Below, in pieces: positions 54,017-61,014 of a DNA stretch of 61,014 nucleotides (the first letter of the stretch is position 1; each line of letters starts with the position of its first letter). The position numbers and the translations under genes were made by a program. The DNA is taken from contig JACPNJ010000006.1 in NCBI GenBank assembly GCA_016185545.1, positions 1 to 61,014 on the forward strand, in the 5' to 3' direction. Source of the DNA: Candidatus Yanofskybacteria bacterium (lineage in GTDB: Bacteria > Patescibacteriota > Minisyncoccia > 2-02-FULL-40-12 > IGHO2-01-FULL-4-A). The notes under the pieces were generated by a model. The model made no database searches. It was not told the DNA's origin and saw nothing but the letters and a program-made list of their open reading frames with translations.

Positions 54017-55324
54017 GTGACTTTTTCTACTAAAAATCTCAAGAATTCTCAAGTTGAATTAATCATAGATCTTAATAAAGATGATCTGCTTTTGTACGCA
54101 GTGGAAACAGAGAAAAGATTAGCCAGAGAGATAAAAGTTGAAGGATTCCGGCCGGGTAAAGCGCCTAAGGAGATGGTGCGTAAAAAGATTGGGGAGCAGG
54201 CGATACGCGAAGAAGCATTGAATCTGGCGGTTAAGTCAAGTTTGGCTAAGATATTATCAGAAGAAAAACTGGACGTAATGGAGCAATCGGATTTTAAGAT
54301 AAAAGAAAATTCAGCCGACAAATTAATATACCAGATAATATTAACTGTTTTTCCGGAAATTAAGCTGGGCGGATATAAGGATTTAGCCGTGAAAAGAAAT
54401 CCGGTTTCGGTAAATGAAGCTGAGGTCAAAAATGTGTTACAGGAAATCGTTGTTTCACGGACAATCCTAAAAGAAGTAAAGCGCCCGGCCCAATTGGGTG
54501 ATCGGGTTGTGGTTGATTTTACCGTCAAAGACCAGGGCGTACTGATTGAGGGCGGGAAAAGCGAAAACCATCCCGTTACACTCGGTGAAAATAATTTTAT
54601 TCCTGGTTTTGAATCGCAAATTATCGGCTTAGAGGCGGGAGAGAAAAAGAATTTTTCGCTTAGAGTTCCAATGGATTATTACCAAAAATCAATTGTCGGC
54701 AAGGAATTGGATTTTGAAGTAGCGCTCAAACGGGTAGAGGAAAAAACGGTGCCTAAATTAGACGATGACTTTGTTAAAAGTTTAGGACATTTCGGGTCGC
54801 TTAAAGAACTTGAAGTAAATGTAAAACAGGGGTTGACACTGGAAAAGGAAACAAAAGAGAAAGACCGCGTCCGTTTGGCAATTTTGAAACAAATTGTCGA
54901 CAAAACCAGAGTTGAAATGCCGATGTCACTGATTGAAAAACGCCTTGATTCCATGATACAGGGACTTGATAATGAACTACATGAAAAAGGCATGGAACTC
55001 GGGTTGTATTTAGCGCATATTAAAAAAACACAGGATGATCTGCGTTATGAATGGCGCGGCAAGGCGGAGGAACAAGCAAAGATGAGCTTGGTAGCCAGAG
55101 CTATTGCTAAGGAAGAAAAAATCAAAGTAAGCGAAGAGGAAATTAACGGGGAGTTAGAACTCGTATTGCAGCAATATGTGACAAGGGGGAGACCAGACGG
55201 TGGACCAAGCGGGCCGGAGATTATGCAAAATCTTGACCCGGAGCAAACCAAAAACAAAATCCGCGACGTCCTGCTCAACGAGAAGGTATTTGAGTTTTTG
55301 GAGAAGCAAACTAAATTTGTATAA
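54017..55324 (+). CDS. tig: Trigger factor (GTG start)
   Basis: GFRPGKAPK..V, an FKBP-type middle domain (GDRVVVDF....G, FIPGFE..IIG), and C-terminal helical arms. Confidence 0.9.
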   Translation: MTFSTKNLKNSQVELIIDLNKDDLLLYAVETEKRLAREIKVEGFRPGKAPKEMVRKKIGEQAIREEALNLAVKSSLAKILSEEKLDVMEQSDFKIKENSADKLIYQIILTVFPEIKLGGYKDLAVKRNPVSVNEAEVKNVLQEIVVSRTILKEVKRPAQLGDRVVVDFTVKDQGVLIEGGKSENHPVTLGENNFIPGFESQIIGLEAGEKKNFSLRVPMDYYQKSIVGKELDFEVALKRVEEKTVPKLDDDFVKSLGHFGSLKELEVNVKQGLTLEKETKEKDRVRLAILKQIVDKTRVEMPMSLIEKRLDSMIQGLDNELHEKGMELGLYLAHIKKTQDDLRYEWRGKAEEQAKMSLVARAIAKEEKIKVSEEEINGELELVLQQYVTRGRPDGGPSGPEIMQNLDPEQTKNKIRDVLLNEKVFEFLEKQTKFV

Positions 55325-55361
55325 AACTAAAACCCCGTCATTAAGCGGGGTTTTAGTTTTT
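55323..55361 (+). terminator. Rho-independent terminator after tig
   Basis: Sequence aaaactaaaaccccg tcattaag cggggttttagttttt. Confidence 0.85.
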
Positions 55362-55799
55362 ACTTTACCCAACTCTTTCATAGAAAGGGCCGGGTAGCTT
55401 CATGATTACCAGAAAAACGGTTAGCCCCGCCCTTCAAAAGCACTACTATCTTTAAGTTCAACTTGTTCACCTTGAGTATGTACGTTAAGGGGATTACAAT
55501 TAACTTTTCGGCTATGCCTTAGATAATTTGTGCTTTTGAAGGGCGGGGTTTTCCCTTGCAGTAGAGATAAGACCGCATTATTATAATAAATAAGTCTTAT
55601 GAGCCCGCCTAGGTTTTTGCACAAGCATTTTCAGCGCAATTGCGAAGCCAGTGCAAAAATCTAGGCGAGTATTGGTTACCGCAAGGTCACGTTTTCCCAG
55701 TAGCCATTATTATCATTATACACTTATTTTAATATTTTGTCAATCCCGTCAAATCCCGTTAGACGGGAGCTAATGTGTAGCTATTTGACAGGATCAAGT

Positions 55800-56177
55800 A
55801 TGTTCACTTCTTCCCGCTATTCTTATTTAGCTCTTCGCCTTGGTCTTGCCACCGTTTTTTTGTGGTTCGGGATAGACAAAATGTTTCACCCAGCCTATTG
55901 GTTGAATGCTTGGATACCGAAACAGATTATTGAAATTTTATCGAGTTTGAATATATCTGGTATCCAGTTTATTTATCTAAACGGTATTTTTGAAATTCTG
56001 ATTGGTTTAAGTTTAGTAACTGGTGTTTTCATGAAATTTTTCTCGGTGCTGGCTATACTTTTTCTCATGGGAGTTTTGGTTTTTGTCGGTATAAACGAAG
56101 TTACCGTCCGTGATTTCGGGTTAATCGGAGGATTTATGGCGGTGCTTTTGTGGCCAAATGGGAACCGCAGATTTTAA
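55800..56177 (+). CDS. DoxX-family membrane protein
   Basis: Four transmembrane segments and LRLGLATVFLWFGIDK. The ATG at 55800 is preferred; the track start at 55737 is a possible alternative. Confidence 0.65.
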   Translation: MFTSSRYSYLALRLGLATVFLWFGIDKMFHPAYWLNAWIPKQIIEILSSLNISGIQFIYLNGIFEILIGLSLVTGVFMKFFSVLAILFLMGVLVFVGINEVTVRDFGLIGGFMAVLLWPNGNRRF

Positions 56178-56264
56178 CTTTGGGACATCAATGTCCATTA
56201 GACATTCGATGTCAGTAATTAAGATTTGACCCCCGTTTCAGTTTATTGTTAGTATTAACTCAAT

Positions 56265-57035
56265 ATGGATTCAGAAATAAAACCAGAGATTACAGATGAT
56301 TCTCGCGAGGCGGTTGCCGAGATTACAGCCGCGGATGTGCCAAAGCTAAACGAAACCAAACCAGTCTATGCCCAATTTATTTTACCCGGGGCGATTTTGC
56401 TCGCGGCGCTGATTGTTTCCGGCACACTGCTTTATACTCGCGGCGGCGATGTAACGGCGCAAATAAGCGGCTCGGTCGTGAAGTCGGAAAAAACGGAAAT
56501 AAAAATTAGCTCTAGTGACCATATACTGGGCAATCAAAAGGCCAAGATAACCATTGTAGAGTTTAGCGATTTTCAGTGTCCGTTTTGCAGAAGTTTTTGG
56601 AATGGCGCATTTCAGGAAATAAAAACGAATTACATTGATACCGGCAAGGCCAAATTTGTTTATAAGCATTTTCCGTTGAGTTTCCACTCTGCTGCACAGC
56701 CAGCAGCCGAAGCGTCCGAATGCGCTAACGATCAGAGTAAATTCTGGGAATTTCACGACAAAATTTTTGAAGAGCAAGCCAAGCTTGGGCAAGGAACAAT
56801 ACAATTCGGCAAACCGGAAATTATTAAATGGGCGGCGGCAATCAAGCTTAATATGCCCCAGTTCAATGAATGTTTTAATTCTGGCAAATACGCCCAGCGC
56901 GTGAGCGACGACATGGCCCAGGGTAGCAAGGCAGGCGTTGGCGGTACGCCGACCACATTTATCAACGGCCAAAAGATCGTCGGTGCTTTATCCTTTGCCA
57001 GTTTTAAAGCGGTTATTGATGGCTTATTGAAATAG
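56265..57035 (+). CDS. DsbA-family thiol:disulfide oxidoreductase with N-terminal anchor
   Basis: Thioredoxin-fold active site FSDFQCPFC and GTPTFFING-like GGTPTTFINGQ. Confidence 0.85.
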   Translation: MDSEIKPEITDDSREAVAEITAADVPKLNETKPVYAQFILPGAILLAALIVSGTLLYTRGGDVTAQISGSVVKSEKTEIKISSSDHILGNQKAKITIVEFSDFQCPFCRSFWNGAFQEIKTNYIDTGKAKFVYKHFPLSFHSAAQPAAEASECANDQSKFWEFHDKIFEEQAKLGQGTIQFGKPEIIKWAAAIKLNMPQFNECFNSGKYAQRVSDDMAQGSKAGVGGTPTTFINGQKIVGALSFASFKAVIDGLLK

Positions 57036-57086
57036 TGTTTCTTGATCGAAGATCTTGATTTCAGGTATAATTTGGAGTTAAATTTT

Positions 57087-57110
57087 AAAATCAGCGAACT
57101 GCTGATTTTT
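57087..57110 (+). terminator. Hairpin plus T-run after the DsbA-family oxidoreductase gene (56265-57035)
   Basis: Sequence aaaatcagc gaact gctgattttt. Confidence 0.6.
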
Positions 57111-57113
57111 ATT

Positions 57114-58316
57114 ATGTCTAAGAAACAAATTTATCTGGATTATGCCGGGACGACACCAATGGATCCGCGGGTAGAACGGGTGGTTTTGAAGCACCTGCGG
57201 GAGAGCTGGGGCAATGCGTCGTCAGTGCATGAAATTGGAAGGCAGGCAAGAAAAGTAATTGAGGATTCTCGCAAAACCGTAGCAAAAGTTTTGGGAGTAA
57301 AATCGGAGGAGATAATTTTTACCGGCTCTGGCACCGAATCGGCAAATCTGGCGATATTTGGAGTGGCGAGGGCATATAAAAAATACGGCAAACATATTAT
57401 AACTTCAAAATTTGAGCATCCTGCCGTTTTGCGCGCTTGCCAGTATCTGGAGCAAAATGAGGGGTTTAAAGTTAGCCATTTGGATGTCAGTAAAAACGGA
57501 ATTATTAATCCAGAATCCGTACGCAGAGCATTGAGACCGGACACAATTTTAGTTTCAATTATGTATGCCAATAACGAGATTGGCACGATACAGCCAATTG
57601 CGGCTATCTCTAAAATCTTAAAAGATTTTAGAGATAGCCGCAGGTTACAGGTTACAGGTTACAGGTTACAGATGTATGAAAAAGCTCTGCTTTTTCATAC
57701 TGACGCTTGCCAAGCGGCAGGAGCTTTGAATTTAAATATTAATCAACTTGGCGTTGATTTAATGACGCTTAACGGCTCCAAAATTTACGGTCCTAAGGGA
57801 ACTGGCTGCCTTTATGTCAGACGAAATATTGAGCTTGCGCCTCAAATAGTTGGCGGGTCTCAAGAAAGGGGATTACGCGCCGGCACGGAAAACCCCGCTT
57901 TAATTGCCGGATTTACTGAGGCGCTAAAAATCGTCGATAAAAACCGTGCCAAAGAAAACGCGCGATTAACTGAACTGCGCGATTATATGATTGGGCAAAT
58001 TTTAAAAACAATTCCCGGCGGTTGTCTTAATGGTGACGCAATTAAACGTTTGCCTAACAATATCAATATCTCCTTCAAAGATACAGACGGCGAAATGCTG
58101 ATGTTGGCATTTGATCAAAAAGGTATTCAAGTTTCAACCGGTTCCGCTTGCACCTCCACTTCAACTGAACCATCGCATGTGCTCAAAGCCATTGGTTTAT
58201 CCGATGAACTTGCAAAAGGAAATATCCGTATAACTCTTGGCCGGCAGACAAAGAAAAAAGACATAGACTATGTCCTAAAGACGCTCGTATCTCTTGTGAA
58301 AAAATTACGCAAATAG
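57114..58316 (+). CDS. Cysteine desulfurase (NifS/IscS class), with an in-frame heptamer-array insertion
   Basis: YLDYAGTTP, HTDACQA, the PLP lysine in LNGSKIYGPKG, and the catalytic Cys in STGSACTS. The start is set at ATG 57114, downstream of the terminator hairpin. Confidence 0.9.
   Translation: MSKKQIYLDYAGTTPMDPRVERVVLKHLRESWGNASSVHEIGRQARKVIEDSRKTVAKVLGVKSEEIIFTGSGTESANLAIFGVARAYKKYGKHIITSKFEHPAVLRACQYLEQNEGFKVSHLDVSKNGIINPESVRRALRPDTILVSIMYANNEIGTIQPIAAISKILKDFRDSRRLQVTGYRLQMYEKALLFHTDACQAAGALNLNINQLGVDLMTLNGSKIYGPKGTGCLYVRRNIELAPQIVGGSQERGLRAGTENPALIAGFTEALKIVDKNRAKENARLTELRDYMIGQILKTIPGGCLNGDAIKRLPNNINISFKDTDGEMLMLAFDQKGIQVSTGSACTSTSTEPSHVLKAIGLSDELAKGNIRITLGRQTKKKDIDYVLKTLVSLVKKLRK
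57642..57671. repeat. Heptamer array (single arm, AGGTTAC x4) inside the cysteine desulfurase gene
   Basis: Sequence aggttac aggttac aggttac aggttac ag, translated as RLQVTGYRLQ. A perfect 11-bp hairpin follows at 57674-57700. Confidence 0.9.
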
Positions 58317-58493
58317 ATCTGCCCATTTGTAATCACAAGTTCGGCAATGAAGTTTTGGCAAATTGTCATTGCCGATATTCCAAGCGGAATATTTTTCAAC
58401 TGCCAGCGACGGATAATTTCTAATCTCAAAAATATCTCCTGATCTGCATCTCGGACACCTTTGCCGCTTCGGATATTGTATTCCTGGTTTCAC
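58305..58493 (-). CDS. Hypothetical small zinc-ribbon protein
   Basis: CPRC...17 aa...and CRTC pairs in 62 aa. The evidence is weak. Confidence 0.35.
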   Translation of the reverse strand: MKPGIQYPKRQRCPRCRSGDIFEIRNYPSLAVEKYSAWNIGNDNLPKLHCRTCDYKWADLFA

Positions 58494-58531
58494 TCTTCAT
58501 TTTAACAAGGTTCGATTAGAAAGCTCTGTGG

Positions 58532-58566
58532 AAAACTAAAACAAGCCATTGGCTTGTTTTAGTTTT
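58532..58566. terminator. Hairpin plus T-run
   Basis: Sequence aaaactaaaacaagcc attg gcttgttttagtttt. Confidence 0.6.
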
Positions 58567-58855
58567 TGTCCGGTATTCTTGAAATAGTCCGAACCGTTTT
58601 CGCCGCCTGCGGCGGCGAGGAAAGCCCCCCGCGAAAAATCCGAAAGGCGGCGCTTGCCCGCCAAAGCCTCGGCGCAGGCGGGGAGCCGCACCGATGACAA
58701 TTTCAAGTTTTTGAATGATTTAAGAATAAATCATTTCAGTAAATTTTTCAAGGAAAATGGATTGAAAAATTTACTGCTTTGGCGGCAATCTAATTATGAA
58801 TTTTAATATAAAAATTGAGGAAAATCAAAAAGAAAAAACTCCAGCAGCGATCAGG

Positions 58856-59491
58856 CTACTGGAGTGGGTGTCGGCGAATTTTTTCCGCCGCGGAAAGAAC
58901 TTCGTTGGGAATTTCTACTTTTACGATATCGCCTTTCTTGGCGTATTCATCGAGTCTTTCAAGTTCACCGAGAAGTCGACTGATTCGATGGGAAGTGAAC
59001 CACTCTTGGGGCATTGGAAACGCACTACCATAGACAGTAATTTCAGGAAACTGCTTCCGGAAAGTGGCACACGACCTTCTCAACAGAGGGGGCATGGCAC
59101 ACAAGATTACCGACTTTGGATTTACTCCGGCATTGCGACACGCAGACATCCCCAAAAGAACATTTTCGAGAGAGTTTGTGGATTCTTTCTCAAGTATCAT
59201 GGCTTTTTTAGGAACGCCATCGGATTCAATCAACGAAGCGTAGAAGTCTGCTTCCGTTGCAAATCCATCGGGAATGGTATCTCTACCCCTACCGGAGATG
59301 ATAATTCGCGGCGCTTTACCTTTTTCCCAAAGCTCTGCGGTATGGTGCGCTACTCGTGGTTCGTAATGACCAAAAACAAAAATAGCGTCAACTTGCGGCA
59401 AATCTTCAGTTGGGACGCTTTCCGTCAGAAACTTGGTTACTGTGTCAATGAACGGTTGGATAATTTTCAAGTCAGCCTCCTTCGTTTCCAT
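58856..59491 (-). CDS. DUF218 (YdcF/SanA/ElyC-like) domain protein
   Basis: DAIFVFGH....A..A..L...G.AP.II.SG and TNSLENV, which are typical of the family. Confidence 0.65.
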   Translation of the reverse strand: METKEADLKIIQPFIDTVTKFLTESVPTEDLPQVDAIFVFGHYEPRVAHHTAELWEKGKAPRIIISGRGRDTIPDGFATEADFYASLIESDGVPKKAMILEKESTNSLENVLLGMSACRNAGVNPKSVILCAMPPLLRRSCATFRKQFPEITVYGSAFPMPQEWFTSHRISRLLGELERLDEYAKKGDIVKVEIPNEVLSAAEKIRRHPLQ

Positions 59492-59597
59492 AGGATTAAA
59501 AATTTTGGGATGAATGACTAAATTTGGTTGATACCAAGCAAGGGAAAGCGGCTCTTTTCCAAGCTAATTTGGTCGTTTTCTGCGATGATTCGCGTGT

Positions 59598-60637
59598 ATG
59601 AAAACACAACACGCGAAATCTCCCTGTTGCCGAGGGAGCATAAATCGTTTCGGCAAGCGTCGCAGGCAATGTTCGATATGCAAACACACATGGCGCATTC
59701 GGCAAAAAAGCCGCGGTAGGAAACGGAAACGCGTTGATCGCCGGCTGGTTCATCGGATACTTGTCGAGCGCCGGACTTTTCAGCATCATTGCCGCAAAGG
59801 AGCGATCTCGCAAAGCGGTTTCAGCAAACGATTTTCAAAAGCCATTCGTTCCGATCCCAAACTCAAAACGCGCTTGCAGTTTCCGTCTGGCCCCTACGCG
59901 CTTCTTGGCGACGGTCTGTACTTCAAGTTCCAACGAATGGACTGGGTTATGTATATCATGGCGGTGAAGCCGGTTAAATCTCATCGAGCCTTCTTTCTTA
60001 ATCCCGTCTTGCTTCAAGGGAAAGAATGCTATGAGCGTTGGCGCGTGGCTTTGGGCACAATACCGCCAGAGAGACCAGGAAACACGTTAAAGCATTTGTT
60101 TCCGACGGTTTTCGAGGATCCAAGCTCATTGCCAGGGAACAGGGCTGGATTCACCAACGTTGTCATTTCCATCTCTTAATGGCGCTGATCAGGAGACACG
60201 GCAGGCGATCGTATCGCACCAAGGGCGCGGGTATTCGCGAAAGATTGTTGGGGGTTGTTCGGATATTACTTATCACCCCGGACAGTACCACTTTGAAAAG
60301 GCAGACGATTAAAGCCCGGCGATTAATCTCACATCCGCTCTGTCCACCCTGGATTCGCATCCAGACCGTTGAGTTTCTTCGCACCCTCAATGACTTCCGC
60401 GCCTATCTCATACATCCCGAGTTGAATCTGCCGACAACCAACAACTCAATTCCAGCGGAAAGATTATCAGGAAAGCAACAAGCATGGCGCGGACATCACA
60501 ATCGGTTTTACTTCGCGCGACGGCGTTTCTGCGACTCAAGAAATCTGTTGCCTGCAACGGCAAATTTTCAACCAAATTATGTCAATGAACCCAAAAGTTT
60601 CTTTGCCCAAAATACAGAATCGCCAACTGATTTTTAA
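59598..60637 (+). pseudogene. DDE-type transposase with N-terminal zinc ribbon, split by a frameshift
   Basis: Two overlapping ORFs in different frames (59598-60179 and 60038-60637). Motifs are CC..x..C..C, LLGDGLY, FVSDGFRG and HQRCHFH. The IS family was not determined. Confidence 0.5.
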
Positions 60638-60932
60638 GCCCAAAATTCAATACAAACTGGCCGCCGAGCGAAGCGAGGCGGCCTCCTCTGGCTTGCGCTT
60701 TTCTAAAGTGTCCCCCGTGTCGGGACATACCTCGAACTTGGGCCAGATTGATCCAGAAATTGCTGGATTGGCTGAAAAGAGATCTGGTGGGACCTGAAAA
60801 GCCTTTCCTCGATTCTCCCACTCATTATAGCCGACCGGAGGCTAGAAACAAGAGAGGGAAGCTTGCCGCGTAAGGCAAGGATTTGCTTGGCATCCACCAC
60901 TTATTGCCCCCCCAAAAAAACCCAAAACAGTT

Positions 60933-60962
60933 TTGACAACGGATGTGATTCTCGCTGATAAT
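60933..60962 (+). promoter_or_regulatory. Sigma70-type promoter candidate, followed by an RBS and ATG at the window edge
   Basis: TTGACA (60933-60938), an 18-nt spacer, then GATAAT (60957-60962). AAGGAG lies at 60992-60997 and ATG at 61005. Confidence 0.45.
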
Positions 60963-61014
60963 ATTCGTGAAACAATGGTGGCAAATTAACCAAGGAGAAA
61001 AGACATGGGATGGG

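Noticed and set aside
57042-57113. Upstream start for the cysteine desulfurase
   Set aside because: The extension spans the terminator hairpin at 57087-57110. The conserved N-terminus (KQIYLDYAGTTP) begins right after the ATG at 57114.
5581-57700. Heptamer arrays as a CRISPR array or CRISPR remnants
   Set aside because: The units are 7 nt and directly abutting, with no roughly 30-nt unique spacers. There are no cas genes, and the arrays are dispersed as inverted pairs.
58796-59521. 241-aa plus-strand ORF
   Set aside because: It is antisense to the DUF218-family ORF (58856-59491), which has recognisable family motifs. The plus-strand translation has no features.

Overview
The window looks like the replication-origin region of a small, AT-leaning genome of the Candidate Phyla Radiation (Patescibacteria) type. 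It opens with the 3' part of a 16S rRNA gene. Two roughly 0.8-1 kb insertions interrupt that gene, each carrying a LAGLIDADG homing-endonuclease ORF, and no 23S rRNA gene follows. The rest is mostly housekeeping: rnhB, gap, split transketolase, an orphan tRNA-Ile/tRNA-Ala pair, pcrA with an intein in its P-loop, rsmA, lnt, rpmH-rnpA-yidD-yidC-jag facing dnaA-dnaN, PBP1A, tyrS, ruvC, yebC, ruvB, pilB, nusA, tig and a cysteine desulfurase. A roughly 10 kb same-strand cluster (17303-27444) encodes a minimal type-IV-secretion-like apparatus: a VirB6/TrbL-like protein, a PrgI/VirB3-like protein, a split VirB4 ATPase and secreted or membrane proteins. The most unusual signal is a family of heptamer-periodic inverted arrays, with (AGGTNNC)n, a short loop, then (GNNACCT)n, plus an AT-rich variant. 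At least 14 loci carry them. Most fill intercistronic gaps from the stop codon to the next start codon. Five lie in frame inside genes as stop-free variants (in rnhB, twice in lnt, in ORF 21678 and in the cysteine desulfurase). Two bracket genes of the four-helix-bundle family known as the 23S rRNA intervening-sequence protein. Other repeat systems are also present. An IS200-like (RAYT-type) HUH transposase is flanked by perfect REP-like hairpins, with a third hairpin at the nusA stop. A 58-bp inverted repeat brackets dnaA and the AT-rich putative oriC, and forms the leaders of rpmH and dnaN. A 202-bp palindromic element has a solo half-copy elsewhere, and there is a family of small GC-rich hairpins. 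The right end is a more GC-rich stretch with a frameshifted transposase. All calls come from reading the sequence and ORF translations by eye; no database search was run.
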